Shown here: piece by piece, positions 25,725 through 35,431 of the stretch
Position numbering within the stretch: position 1 is the stretch's first letter
Layout: every line of letters starts with the position of its first letter
Assembly (NCBI GenBank): GCA_044237765.1
Contig: JBIIEQ010000010.1
Span: forward strand, 468-64,467
DNA length: 64,000 bases
Origin: Methylococcaceae bacterium
GTDB lineage: Bacteria; Pseudomonadota; Gammaproteobacteria; Methylococcales; Methylococcaceae
Direction of reading: 5' to 3'
Translations under genes and position numbers: made by a program
The notes under the pieces: generated by a model
What the model was told of the DNA's origin: nothing
Databases searched by the model: none
Seen by the model: the letters and a program-made list of their open reading frames with translations, nothing else

Positions 25725-26273
25725 ATGAGCGAGAGAATTATCATGCGGACTGGCGAGGCCCTGGTTGCAGGTGGTCCGCCTTTCACGGCGGCCGAGCCTG
25801 AGGTGGTCATCGGTGAACTGGACGGGCCCTTTGGCACGGCCTTCGCCAATCTCCTGGGTGATCAGGTCAAGGGTCATACGCGGGTCCTGGCGCTCATGAA
25901 TACGGACATGATGGTGCGCCCCGCCACGCTGATGGTCAGCAAGGTGACGGTCAAGGCGACTGCGTATACCAATATTCTCATGGGGACTGTCCAGGGTGCG
26001 ATTGCCAATGGTGTGCTGGATGCGGTGCGTAACGGCACTATCCCCAAGGAAAAGGCCAACGATCTGGGGATAATCGTCTCGGTCTGGCTTAATCCCGGAA
26101 TTACCACTGTTGCGGATCTTGATCATGAAGCGCTATTCACCATCCATCGCGAGGCTACCCGCAGGGCCTTGGAGAAAGCGATGAAGTGTGAGCCCAGCGT
26201 TGATTTCCTTCTGGAAAACCAGGAAAAGCTCGTTCACAAGTACTACCAGAATGCCCTGGACGCCCGCAAATAG
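25725..26273 (+). CDS. Formaldehyde-activating enzyme (Fae) family protein, divergent paralogue
   Basis: Aligns by eye with Methylorubrum Fae: TGEALV, IGELDGPFGTAFANLL, GHTRVLAL, RPATLMVSKVTV, GTVQGAIANGVLDAVRNGTIP, ANDLGIIVSVW. ATG 25725 is preceded by CAGGAG. The track ORF starts at 25602. Confidence 0.72.
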   Translation: MSERIIMRTGEALVAGGPPFTAAEPEVVIGELDGPFGTAFANLLGDQVKGHTRVLALMNTDMMVRPATLMVSKVTVKATAYTNILMGTVQGAIANGVLDAVRNGTIPKEKANDLGIIVSVWLNPGITTVADLDHEALFTIHREATRRALEKAMKCEPSVDFLLENQEKLVHKYYQNALDARK

Positions 26274-26357
26274 CCGAACCACTGAGCTCGAGACCGTCTG
26301 GCTGGGGTGTTTTCGATTAGAATGCGGGGCTATGTTTTTGATCAATTCACGAATGTC

Positions 26358-26537
26358 ATGATAAGAATCGAGCGAACGGCGTGGCTTTTTGTATCCGCCT
26401 TTCTGCTGTTTGGGTGTGGTCAGAAAGGACCGCTGTACATGGAGGGACGTGAGCCGCTTTCGTCGGGCAAAGCCCAAGCGCCGAGGCAGGCACCCGCCCA
26501 AAAGGCCCCTGAAGTCGAACCTTCCGCGCCCAATTAA
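26358..26537 (+). CDS. lptM: Small lipoprotein LptM (YifL family)
   Basis: Lipobox plus family motif LLFGCGQKGPLYM, low-complexity Pro/Ala tail. Sits directly before lysA-dapF, as in other gammaproteobacteria. Confidence 0.7.
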   Translation: MIRIERTAWLFVSAFLLFGCGQKGPLYMEGREPLSSGKAQAPRQAPAQKAPEVEPSAPN

Positions 26538-27787
26538 TGGATCACTTCAACTATCGCGGGACGTCTTTGTACGCCGAGGACGTCCCCCTGACTGACATTT
26601 CGGCGAAATTCGGCACCCCCTGTTACGTGTATTCTCGTGCCACGCTGGAACGGCACTGGCATGCCTTCGACAATGCCTTTGCAGCGCATCCCCACTTGGT
26701 GTGCTACGCCGTCAAGGCGAATTCCAATCTGGCTGTATTGAATGTGCTGGCGCGTCTCGGTTCGGGTTTTGACATCGTCTCCGTTGGTGAATTGGAGCGG
26801 GTGCTCGCGGCCGGGGGCGAGCCCGCGAAAATTGTCTTTTCCGGGGTGGGCAAGCGTGAGGACGAATTACGCCGTGCACTGGAAGTCGGGATCCGTTGCT
26901 TCAACGTCGAGGTGCCCGGCGAACTGGATCGGTTGAATCGTATCGCGGGTGAATTGGGTCGCGCGGCGGCCGTTTCCTTGCGTGTCAACCCAGACGTCGA
27001 CGCGCAGACACACCCCTATATTTCCACCGGGCTGAAAGAAAACAAATTCGGCATCGACGTGGATGAGGCAATGGCTCACTATCGACGAGCTGCGGCGATG
27101 CCTCATCTCGAGGTGGTAGGAATCGATTGTCATATCGGATCTCAGCTGACCTCGCTGGAGCCTTTTGTCGATGCTCTGGATCGAGTCTTGCTCATTGCTG
27201 AGCGGCTCAGGGAGGAGGGGATTGTTATCCGTCATCTCGATCTGGGTGGCGGCCTGGGAATTCGTTACAACGATGAAACTCCGCCCGAACCGGCCGCCTA
27301 TGCAGAGGTGCTGTCACGCCGACTTCAAGGTCTGGATTACGAGATCTTCATCGAGCCGGGCCGGGCCATAGTCGGCAATGCGGGCATCCTGCTGACGCGG
27401 GTGCAATATCTGAAGACGAACGGGACCAAGCGTTTTGCCATTGTTGATGCCGCCATGAACGACCTGATCCGGCCTTCGCTTTATCAGGCATGGCAGGCCA
27501 TTCTTCCGGCTCAGCGCAATGAGCAGGCGGAGCCTCACTGTTACGATGTGGTGGGGCCGGTCTGCGAAACCGGTGATTTTCTCGGTAAGGATCGTGAGCT
27601 TGCCATTGCGGAAGGGGATTTGCTGGCGGTGCGTTCTGCGGGAGCCTATGGTTTCTGCATGAGCTCCAACTATAACTCCCGTCCTCGTGTGGCTGAAATT
27701 CTGGTGGATGGGTTCAAGACCCATCTGGCAAGACCCCGTGAAACGGTGGCCGAACTGTTTCTAAGCGAACGGATATTGCCGGATTAG
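26537..27787 (+). CDS. lysA: Diaminopimelate decarboxylase
   Basis: TPCYVYS, CYAVKANSN (PLP Lys), DLGGGLGI, GPVCETGD, SAGAYG. Confidence 0.93.
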   Translation: MDHFNYRGTSLYAEDVPLTDISAKFGTPCYVYSRATLERHWHAFDNAFAAHPHLVCYAVKANSNLAVLNVLARLGSGFDIVSVGELERVLAAGGEPAKIVFSGVGKREDELRRALEVGIRCFNVEVPGELDRLNRIAGELGRAAAVSLRVNPDVDAQTHPYISTGLKENKFGIDVDEAMAHYRRAAAMPHLEVVGIDCHIGSQLTSLEPFVDALDRVLLIAERLREEGIVIRHLDLGGGLGIRYNDETPPEPAAYAEVLSRRLQGLDYEIFIEPGRAIVGNAGILLTRVQYLKTNGTKRFAIVDAAMNDLIRPSLYQAWQAILPAQRNEQAEPHCYDVVGPVCETGDFLGKDRELAIAEGDLLAVRSAGAYGFCMSSNYNSRPRVAEILVDGFKTHLARPRETVAELFLSERILPD

Positions 27788-27790
27788 TTC

Positions 27791-28621
27791 ATGTTGCTGA
27801 AATTCGTCAAGATGCAGGGCTTGGGCAACGACTTTGTCGTTATCGATGCGGTTCGGCAAAAAGTCCAGCTATCGCCCGAGAAAATCCGGTTTATTGCCGA
27901 TCGGCATTTTGGTGTGGGCTGTGATCAGGTCTTGCTGGTCGAGTCGGCTCATCATGCTCATGCCGATTTTCGTTACCGAATCTTCAATGCCGACGGCAGT
28001 GAAGTCGCGCAATGCGGTAATGGGGCGCGCTGTTTTGCCCGATTCGTGCGTGAGCAGGGCTTGTCTGACAAGGACGAAATTCAGGTGGATACGGATGCGG
28101 GTCGGTTGGCGCTCCGGCAGACCGATGCTGGGCAAGTGGTGGTCAATATGGGGGTTCCGCGTCATGCTCCAGCGGAGATCCCGCTGAGGGTTGAGTCAGA
28201 GCAGTTCCTTTATGCGGTTGAGATCGACGGACAGTCGCATTCCTTTGGCGCGGTTTCCATGGGTAATCCGCATGCTGTGCTGGTGGTCAATGATGTCGAT
28301 TCCGCTCCGGTGGAGTCATTGGGTCCCCGTTTGGAAAGTCATCCCTTGTTTCCCGAGCGAGTCAATGTCGGCTTCATGCAGGTTCTTGATGAGCATCAAG
28401 TCTGGCTGCGCGTTTTCGAGCGCGGCTCGGGTGAGACGCTGGCTTGTGGTAGTGGGGCCTGTGCGGCCTCCGTGGTCGGTATTGAGCAGGGATTGCTTAC
28501 CAGTCCGGTGTCCGTGGAGTTGCCTGGCGGCCCATTGACCATCGAATGGCTGGGGCGGGGTCATCCGGTTTATATGAAGGGCCCGGCCAAAACAGTTTTT
28601 GAAGGAACTATTGAAATATGA
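27791..28621 (+). CDS. dapF: Diaminopimelate epimerase
   Basis: [46 protein letters not shown] (both catalytic Cys). Confidence 0.93.
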   Translation: MLLKFVKMQGLGNDFVVIDAVRQKVQLSPEKIRFIADRHFGVGCDQVLLVESAHHAHADFRYRIFNADGSEVAQCGNGARCFARFVREQGLSDKDEIQVDTDAGRLALRQTDAGQVVVNMGVPRHAPAEIPLRVESEQFLYAVEIDGQSHSFGAVSMGNPHAVLVVNDVDSAPVESLGPRLESHPLFPERVNVGFMQVLDEHQVWLRVFERGSGETLACGSGACAASVVGIEQGLLTSPVSVELPGGPLTIEWLGRGHPVYMKGPAKTVFEGTIEI

Positions 28622-29322
28622 ACCCCCTCATTTCGCCTCAGTTGGATAACGCCAGTTTGACTCCAGAAGAGGTTGAAGCTTACCTCCGGGCCCATCCTGC
28701 TTTTTTTCAGGATCATCTGTCGCTGCTGGAAGGGATGACGGTGCCGCACCCAAGCGGGGAGGCTATTTCCCTGGTTGCTCGGCAACTGGATTTGCTGAGG
28801 GAAAAGAATCATCGCTTGCACAAGCAGCTGGATGAACTGGTACAAATCGCTCGTGATAACGATGCCCTGTATCAGCGTATCCACCAACTGACCCTGACTC
28901 TTTTGGAAGCGAAAAGCGTCGAGGACGTTTTGGCCAGCCTGGATTGGGGTTTGCACCAATACTTTCAGACGGATTTCGTTGTCATTCGTATCCTGGAGCC
29001 TCACCGGGAAAGCGCAATTTCCAATCTGTTCGTGGTCGCGGATAGCCCCGATGTTGCGTGGTGTGAAAGTGTCATCGATGGGGATAAACCCCTTTGTGGA
29101 AAACCCGATGCCGAACATGTGGGTTTTTTGTTCGGCAAAGACGCCGAGGTGGTTCAATCCTATGCCGTCATCGCGCTGCGCCACGCCGGCTTGCGTGGGA
29201 TCTTTGCGATCGGTAGCCGTGATGCACAACGGTTTAATGCCGATATGGGGTCGGTTTTTCTGCGGCAGATGAGTGAAGTGCTGGCGGCTAAGCTGTCTGC
29301 TCTCGTCAATGATTTGTTCTGA
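28618..29322 (+). CDS. DUF484 (YigA-like) GAF-fold protein
   Basis: [16 protein letters not shown]...[15 protein letters not shown]. Conserved dapF-yigA-xerC position. Confidence 0.78.
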   Translation: MNPLISPQLDNASLTPEEVEAYLRAHPAFFQDHLSLLEGMTVPHPSGEAISLVARQLDLLREKNHRLHKQLDELVQIARDNDALYQRIHQLTLTLLEAKSVEDVLASLDWGLHQYFQTDFVVIRILEPHRESAISNLFVVADSPDVAWCESVIDGDKPLCGKPDAEHVGFLFGKDAEVVQSYAVIALRHAGLRGIFAIGSRDAQRFNADMGSVFLRQMSEVLAAKLSALVNDLF

Positions 29323-29327
29323 CTGGC

Positions 29328-30263
29328 TTGGATAGTTTCGCCCGCTGCCAGATCGACATCTACCTGGATCGATTGCGCTTTCAGCAGCAGGTGTCTGCTC
29401 ACACGCTGGATGCCTATGCTCGTGACCTCCGCCAGTTGGTAATTTTCTGCGGTGAACGAGAAATCTCTGCCTGGGCAGAGTTGCATCCGGCTGACCTGCG
29501 TGATCATGTGGCGCAACGTCACCGCAATGGTCTGGGTAGCCGAAGCCTGCAGCGAGCACTGTCTTCCGTTCGCGGCTTTTTCGATTTTCTGATCCGGGAA
29601 GGTGAGCTCGAGCGCAATCCAGCCGCCGGACTCCGGGCGCCAAAAGCCCCCAAGACCTTGCCGAAGCTGCTCGATGTTGACCAGATGATCGGACTCCTGG
29701 AGGCACCCGTTGATGATGTGCTGGAGTTGCGCGATGTCGCCATGTGGGAGCTCTTTTACTCGTCAGGTCTGCGCCTGACCGAACTCACGTCTTTGGATCT
29801 GGTAGACCTTGATCTGCCGGCCGGTTCGCTTCTTGTGAGACAGGGCAAGGGTCGCAAATCGCGGCATGTCCCAGTCGGCAGGTGCGCCAGAAGTGCGCTT
29901 GAGCGCTGGCTTCTGGCACGTAAGCAGATCGTTGCCGCTGCTGAGCCTGCGCTATTTCTGAGCCGTCGCGGTGTTCGCATCGCTCAGCGAACCGTGCAGG
30001 CGCGATTGGATCGCTGGCAAAAAAAGCAGGGGATTCCGGAGCATATCCATCCCCACATGCTGCGCCATTCCTTTGCCAGTCATCTTCTCGAGTCAAGCGG
30101 CGATTTGCGAGCAGTGCAGGAGTTGCTGGGTCACGCCAATCTCAGCACAACTCAGGTCTACACCCACCTCGATTTCCAGCATCTTGCCAGTGTTTACGAC
30201 CGAACCCACCCACGAGCCCGAGCCAGCGACTCAAGGCAGAAGGTAAAGAACAGTGCCGAGTAG
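29328..30263 (+). CDS. xerC: Tyrosine recombinase XerC
   Basis: SAHTLDAYARDL, GLRLTELTSLDL, HPHMLRHSFASHLLESSGDLRAVQELLGHANLSTTQVYTH (R-H-R-Y catalytic set). TTG start. Confidence 0.9.
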   Translation: MDSFARCQIDIYLDRLRFQQQVSAHTLDAYARDLRQLVIFCGEREISAWAELHPADLRDHVAQRHRNGLGSRSLQRALSSVRGFFDFLIREGELERNPAAGLRAPKAPKTLPKLLDVDQMIGLLEAPVDDVLELRDVAMWELFYSSGLRLTELTSLDLVDLDLPAGSLLVRQGKGRKSRHVPVGRCARSALERWLLARKQIVAAAEPALFLSRRGVRIAQRTVQARLDRWQKKQGIPEHIHPHMLRHSFASHLLESSGDLRAVQELLGHANLSTTQVYTHLDFQHLASVYDRTHPRARASDSRQKVKNSAE

Positions 30264-30275
30264 CCGCTTTATCTT

Positions 30276-30305
30276 CGTTTAGCCGACAGGAAACGGCGTT
30301 TTTTT
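30276..30305 (+). terminator. Possible rho-independent terminator after xerC
   Basis: Short alternative stems (cgttt/aaacg or gccg/cggc) followed by a 7-T run at 30299-30305. Confidence 0.4.
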
Positions 30306-30571
30306 GTTGGCTCGGAATTAAAAAATGCAAATTCACAAAAATTAGGCTAAGATGATCCCACAGAGGCGGTTCGAGTGACGACCTCCCCCCCATCCAGTCC
30401 AGCTTGGGCCGCTTCTGTATCCTCCCCTTCCTACGTCCCCCAAACAGCTTTATCCCGTCGGGATAGATCCATTCCCATTTGTGTTTGCATTGACCCTGGT
30501 GTTGCAGATGGGGTGAGAAAGCGTTGTTGTATACTCCCTCGCGCTAGAGCTAACGCAACAGGATTTCCAGT

Positions 30572-31600
30572 ATGTCAGTACCAGACCCGTCAGAAAACGA
30601 GATGCAGAATCCCGCTCCCAAGAAGAAGGGGTCTAATCTGCAGTCTTGGCTTGAGAACCGCATTTTTGCTCGGGTTCTCGGGGGTCTCCTGGGTATCTGC
30701 CTGATCATGTATGCCCTGGGTTGGTACTGGAGTCGTGAACCCAAACCATTTGATGTCGTCGAGGAGGCAGCCGAGGCTGCCAACGTCCAGAACCCCAAGG
30801 AATTGCCCCTGGGATACACCTATTCGACGACGCTGATCGAGATTGCCAATACCTTGCTGCACAAGCCGGGCGGCTTTTTGATGAACGACGTATTCCCGCC
30901 GAGTGTCATGCTGGACAATATTCCCAATTGGGAATTGGGCGCGCTGATTGCGCTGCGCGATGCCACGACCGCACTGCGTAACAATATTGCCCGCTCGCAA
31001 ACCCAGTCCCAGGAAGATCCCGACCTTTCCAAGGGGGAACCCTTTCTTTACTTCGATTACCGATCCTGGCAGCTGCCATCCTCGGAATCCGAATACGAAA
31101 AGGGGATAGAGTCCCTCGAGGCCTATCGCGAGCGCCTAAGGAAGCGAGATGCCAATTTCTATGCCCGTGCCGATAACCTTCGCCAGTACCTTGAGGTTCT
31201 GGAGAAACGCTTGGGAGACTATTCCAACCGCTTGAGTGCTAGTACCGCCGACCGATTGCCGGAGGGGTCAGAGGAGCGGCACACGGAGTTGGGGCGCACG
31301 CCCTGGCTGAAGCTGGATGATCGCTTTTTTGAGGCGCGGGGTTATGCGTGGGCGGCGATGCTGGTGCTGAAGGCCATCGAGTTCGACTTCAGGGATATTC
31401 TCGGCAACAAGACGGCGCTGGTTTCTTTGCAGCAGATCGTCAGGGAGCTTGAAAACAGTCAGGAATCCCACTTGAGTCCGGTCATTCTGAACGGCAGTGG
31501 CTTCGGTCTTTTTGCCAACTACTCGCTCACACTGGCCAATTACATTGCACGGGCCAACGCGGCAACGATCGACCTTCGGAGCTTGTTGCAGCAAGGCTAA
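30572..31600 (+). CDS. DUF2333-like membrane-anchored protein
   Basis: One N-terminal TM (VLGGLLGICLIMYALGWYW), then a soluble domain with PGGFLMNDVFPPSVMLDN.PNWE. 342 aa. Confidence 0.55.
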   Translation: MSVPDPSENEMQNPAPKKKGSNLQSWLENRIFARVLGGLLGICLIMYALGWYWSREPKPFDVVEEAAEAANVQNPKELPLGYTYSTTLIEIANTLLHKPGGFLMNDVFPPSVMLDNIPNWELGALIALRDATTALRNNIARSQTQSQEDPDLSKGEPFLYFDYRSWQLPSSESEYEKGIESLEAYRERLRKRDANFYARADNLRQYLEVLEKRLGDYSNRLSASTADRLPEGSEERHTELGRTPWLKLDDRFFEARGYAWAAMLVLKAIEFDFRDILGNKTALVSLQQIVRELENSQESHLSPVILNGSGFGLFANYSLTLANYIARANAATIDLRSLLQQG

Positions 31601-31620
31601 ATCGGGTGTTTCCGGAAACA

Positions 31621-31644
31621 AAAGGCGCCGCTATGGCGCCTTTT
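31621..31644. terminator. Bidirectional rho-independent terminator between the DUF2333 gene and rsgA
   Basis: acaaaa-GGCGCC-gctat-GGCGCC-ttttgtttg: a GC stem flanked by an A-run and a T-run. Confidence 0.75.
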
Positions 31645-31672
31645 GTTTGTCGGTTAGCTGAACTCTTCGATT

Positions 31673-32611
31673 TCAGGCGAGGTGCATTTTGCCCAGGAGC
31701 TTGACGAACCGTTCATAGCGGAAAGCATCGATCCGGCCCTCCTCAACCGCCTCGCGTACGGCGCAACCTTTGTCCTGAAGGTGTCGGCAGTCGTTGAACT
31801 GGCACTGGGTCAATAATTCCCGAAACTCACGATACCCTGAGGACAGGTCGGCGGCGTTCATTTCTGCCAGGCCAAAAACCGCGACGCCTGGGCTGTCGAT
31901 CAGATCGCCCCCCTCCGGGAGGTGGTATAGCATGGCCGCGGTGGTGGTATGCCGGCCGAGGCCGGCCTTTTCCGACAGTTCTCGTGTGCGCAGATTTTTT
32001 CCGGGCAGCAGCGCATTGGTGAGTGATGACTTGCCGACGCCGGACTGACCGGCCAGCATGCTGCAACGGTTCTTGAGGCTTCCCCGGAGTTCCCCAAGAC
32101 CTTCCCCCGTTTTCGCGCTGACAAGGTGGCACACATAGCCGATCGCCTGATAGGTGGCCAGCGTGTCCTCGACGGCCGAGCGTTGCGTTACGCGGTCAGC
32201 CTTGTTGATGACGATGCAAACATCCAGTGAACGGTGTTCGCTGGCGGCGGCATACTGATCTACCAATAGCCAGTCAGGTTCGGGTTCCGGTGCCACCACG
32301 ACCACCATTTGATCGAGGTTTGCTGCTACCGGTCGGATCCGCCCGCCATGGGCGGGCCGGGTCAGCAGGCTTCTGCGCGGAAGAATCTTCTCCACTCGTC
32401 CCAAATCGCCATCCTGAGGGGACCAGAGGACCCGGTCGCCAACCGCTAGGGTTCCGAGTTGTCGGCGGGTGTGACAGAGCACTATATTTTTGTCTGGCCC
32501 CTCTACCGCCAGGGCCTGTCCTAGGTGGCTGAGGATGAGTCCTTCCAAGAGCCCAAAGGACGGGGTGGCGGCTGGCTGGTCCGGTTCCTTGCCCGGAGCG
32601 GATGGGCTCAT
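31673..32611 (-). CDS. rsgA: Ribosome small-subunit-dependent GTPase A
   Basis: VINKADR, LAGQSGVGKSSLTNALLP, C-terminal zinc motif CQFNDCRHLQDKGCAV. Confidence 0.92.
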   Translation of the reverse strand: MSPSAPGKEPDQPAATPSFGLLEGLILSHLGQALAVEGPDKNIVLCHTRRQLGTLAVGDRVLWSPQDGDLGRVEKILPRRSLLTRPAHGGRIRPVAANLDQMVVVVAPEPEPDWLLVDQYAAASEHRSLDVCIVINKADRVTQRSAVEDTLATYQAIGYVCHLVSAKTGEGLGELRGSLKNRCSMLAGQSGVGKSSLTNALLPGKNLRTRELSEKAGLGRHTTTAAMLYHLPEGGDLIDSPGVAVFGLAEMNAADLSSGYREFRELLTQCQFNDCRHLQDKGCAVREAVEEGRIDAFRYERFVKLLGKMHLA

Positions 32612-33864
32612 GAAGCTTGCGTTCGGGTTTTCCCGTTCAGATTATCGATACGAATGGCGGCGGGCGGATGGCTGTAATGGAACGCCGCATACAAGGGGTC
32701 TGGCGTCAGGGTGCTGGCATTTTCGCGATACAGTTTTACCAGAGCGCTGATGAGATGTTTTGCCTCGGTATGGCTGGCAGCGAAGTCATCGGCTTCAAAC
32801 TCGTATCGGCGCTGAAAAAAGGCCATGAGGGGTTTCAGGAAGACAGTGAATACCGGCGCCACCAGCATGAACAGGAGCAGTGCGGTCGCATTTGAGTGTG
32901 AGTGAACTCCCAGTCCCTCGTAAAACCAGTCTTGCCGGCTGATCCAGCCCAGTAGTGCGAAACCGGCCAGGGTAATGGCGGAGCTGGTGAGGAGCATCTT
33001 GACCACATGACGTCGCTTGAAGTGGCCTAGTTCGTGGGCGAGAACAGCTTCAAGTTCATCATGTTCCAGCGAGTCGACCAGTGTGTCGAAGAAAACGATG
33101 CGCTTGCTGTCACCGATGCCGGTGAAATAGGCGTTGCCGTGGCCGGAGCGCCTTGAGCCATCCATGACGAAGATGCCCTTGCTATGAAAACCGCAGCGTT
33201 CCAGCAGTGCCTCAATGCGTTGTTTCAATGTTGCATCGGGTAGAGGAGTAAATTGGTTGAACAGTGGGGCCACGAAAGTCGGGTAGGCCCAACTCATCAG
33301 GATCGAGAAACCGATCACGATACCCCAGGCGAGCAGCCACCAAAATTGTCCCGTTGAGTCCATCACCCAGAGAATGAGCGCTAATAATGGTGCACCAATG
33401 GCAAGGCTCAGCAGCGTTTGTAGTCCAAGGTCCTTGGCGAATTGCCCGGGAGTGTTTCGGTTAAAACCATAGAGTTCCTCGATGACGAAAGTCTGGTAAA
33501 GACTCAGGGGCAGCTCGATGAGTTGAACCAGCAGGAGCGCGGTCAGAATCAGTCCAATACCTGTCGCCAGCGGGGATAGCCCAAGACCACCCCAACAGGT
33601 TTCGATCACATTGATGCCGCCGCCCAGCGTGAACAGCAACAGAACAGCGATCCCAATCACTCGGTCGATGTCGCCAAGACGACCTTTGTCGATGGTGTAG
33701 TCGGCTGCCTTGCGATGGGCTTCGGGACTCACGGTGTCGTGGAAAGCCCCGGGTACCTCTTCACGGTGAGATTTCACGTGATCTGACTGGCGTCTGGACA
33801 ACCAGTATTCGACGCCAAAGGACGCCGCTAGGGCGAATAGAAACAGTACAGTAAAATCGTTCAT
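32608..33864 (-). CDS. M48-family (Ste24/HtpX-like) zinc metallopeptidase
   Basis: HELGHFKRRH HEXXH motif, multi-TM N-terminal half. Start near MNDFTVLF, after GAGGA. The ORF track extends to 33882. Confidence 0.85.
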   Translation of the reverse strand: MNDFTVLFLFALAASFGVEYWLSRRQSDHVKSHREEVPGAFHDTVSPEAHRKAADYTIDKGRLGDIDRVIGIAVLLLFTLGGGINVIETCWGGLGLSPLATGIGLILTALLLVQLIELPLSLYQTFVIEELYGFNRNTPGQFAKDLGLQTLLSLAIGAPLLALILWVMDSTGQFWWLLAWGIVIGFSILMSWAYPTFVAPLFNQFTPLPDATLKQRIEALLERCGFHSKGIFVMDGSRRSGHGNAYFTGIGDSKRIVFFDTLVDSLEHDELEAVLAHELGHFKRRHVVKMLLTSSAITLAGFALLGWISRQDWFYEGLGVHSHSNATALLLFMLVAPVFTVFLKPLMAFFQRRYEFEADDFAASHTEAKHLISALVKLYRENASTLTPDPLYAAFHYSHPPAAIRIDNLNGKTRTQAS

Positions 33865-33963
33865 GGTCATTTTCCTCGGCAATCGATGTCTTTTGGGTGA
33901 GGCGTTGGAGGTTTGTTGGGAATGGTGGCCGGTTTTCTCATGACACCCTGATAAAGCTCAAAT

Positions 33964-34509
33964 ATGTCACAGAATCCGCAGAATCTCGTTTGGATCGATC
34001 TGGAAATGACCGGTCTTGACCCTAGCAAAGACAAGATCATCGAGATCGCTACCGTGGTGACTGACAAGGACTTGAATGTCCTCGCCGAAGGCCCCGTGCT
34101 GGCAGTTTTCCAGCCCGAGTCCACGCTCATGGCCATGGATGAATGGAATCAGAAGCATCACGGTGAATCTGGTCTGATAACCCGAGTCAGAGAGAGTTCC
34201 CTTAGGGAAGTCGATGCAGAACAGCTTACGCTGGACTTTCTGACTCAATGGGTGCCTGCGGGCGCGTCACCCATGTGCGGCAACAGCATTTGCCAGGATC
34301 GTCGTTTCATTGCTAGTGGCATGCCCAGGCTGGAAGCGTTCTTTCACTACCGCAATCTTGATGTCTCTACGCTCAAGGAACTGGTTGCGAGGTGGGCGCC
34401 CCAATTGGCCGAAGGCGTCAAGAAGGTCAGCAAGCATCAGGCGCTGGACGACATTCATGAGTCGATTGGCGAACTCAAGTACTACCGGGCAACTGTGCTC
34501 AATATTTGA
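33964..34509 (+). CDS. orn: Oligoribonuclease
   Basis: [41 protein letters not shown] (DEDDh). Confidence 0.93.
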   Translation: MSQNPQNLVWIDLEMTGLDPSKDKIIEIATVVTDKDLNVLAEGPVLAVFQPESTLMAMDEWNQKHHGESGLITRVRESSLREVDAEQLTLDFLTQWVPAGASPMCGNSICQDRRFIASGMPRLEAFFHYRNLDVSTLKELVARWAPQLAEGVKKVSKHQALDDIHESIGELKYYRATVLNI

Positions 34510-34546
34510 CGGCAGCGCTTATTTTGCCGCAAAGGTGGTCGCTTTC

Positions 34547-34735
34547 TCAAAGACCGGCGATGATAGCGACCAGCAGCAGAATGAAGAGAATCCCGACAGT
34601 GACGGACATCGTGAACCAGCTCCACTTCGGGGTTGCCACAGAGAGGGTTTCACCGCTTTCATCAACACCGGCACCGCAGTTGCTGCAAACAACGGCTTTG
34701 TCCTTCAGTTCGCTTCCACAATGACGGCAAAACAT
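34547..34735 (-). CDS. Small zinc-ribbon protein with C-terminal TM helix
   Basis: MFCRHCGSELKDKAVVCSNCG (CxxC..CxxC), then WSWFTMSVTVGILFILLLVAIIAGL. 62 aa. Confidence 0.55.
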   Translation of the reverse strand: MFCRHCGSELKDKAVVCSNCGAGVDESGETLSVATPKWSWFTMSVTVGILFILLLVAIIAGL

Positions 34736-35080
34736 GGGCGGTCCTCAAGTTCAGTTGATCGGGTTCCAATGGCCGAGAGCATAGCTCAAGCAGCTGGGGG
34801 TTTCCATTCGTCGATTGATTGACCGGGTTTCCGCTGAGTTTGAACGGATGATGGTTTGTGTTGACCCAGCGCAAGCCTTGGCAGCGGCGACTGGATGAAG
34901 ACTTGCTAAAAGTGGCAAATGTGCAGAACGGAGACCGCTGTGTGAGAATATGTGCCGCTATCGCTCCGGTTAACAAGGCGGGATATTTGCGAGGTGCGGC
35001 CTACCGAGCCGACCTTATGTATGGCCTTTCATGGCGCTGATAGCTCTCATCATTCAACAACTATCGAGGTTCACCACTTA

Positions 35081-35410
35081 ATGAGCAAGAATAAATTCTC
35101 CACTTTCCTGGGTGCGGCTGTCGCAAGTTCTTTGGTGGGAGTCGCTGGAGCGAGCGAGAACCCATTTGCGGCGAAGGACTTGACGTCCGGTTACGTCCAA
35201 TTGGCTGAAGCGGGCAAGGAAACGAAGGAAATGGTCTGCGGCGAAGGAAAATGCGGTGGGCAAAAGATGCAGAGCCCCGAAATGAACTGCGGTGCCATGA
35301 TGGAACAGGCCAAGAAAACGCCGGACCAGGAAAGCAAGGCAATGGAAGGGAAGTGTGCCGGAATGAATATGGGCCAGCCCGCCAACGCCCCGGCTACCCC
35401 GAGCAACTAA
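35081..35410 (+). CDS. HvfA/bufferin-like Sec-exported RiPP precursor (Cys/Met-rich metallophore precursor)
   Basis: 109 aa. Signal peptide MSKNKFSTFLGAAVASSLVGVAGA. Core has GEGKCGG and MEGKCAG plus MVCG and MNCGA (4 Cys, 8 Met in 85 residues). Sits directly upstream of DUF692 + DUF2063. ATG 35081 was chosen over the track start 34952. Confidence 0.72.
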   Translation: MSKNKFSTFLGAAVASSLVGVAGASENPFAAKDLTSGYVQLAEAGKETKEMVCGEGKCGGQKMQSPEMNCGAMMEQAKKTPDQESKAMEGKCAGMNMGQPANAPATPSN

Positions 35411-35431
35411 ATCGGTCTAAACCCAGTTGTC

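Noticed and set aside
30375-30704. 109-aa ORF in the xerC/DUF2333 spacer, plus the C-rich tract at 30381-30445 as a possible small gene or sRNA
   Set aside because: The translation is Ser/Pro/Arg/Cys-rich without features and overlaps the much better DUF2333 ORF start. I found no promoter-terminator pair delimiting an sRNA. A TATACT at 30530-30535 has no acceptable -35 at 16-18 nt spacing.
34905-34925. Sigma-54-like TGGCAA...TGCA element upstream of the hvfA-like gene (ntrC is nearby)
   Set aside because: The GG-to-GC spacing is about 3 nt too short for a -24/-12 promoter. A second TGGCGC...AGCT candidate near 35030 has the same problem.
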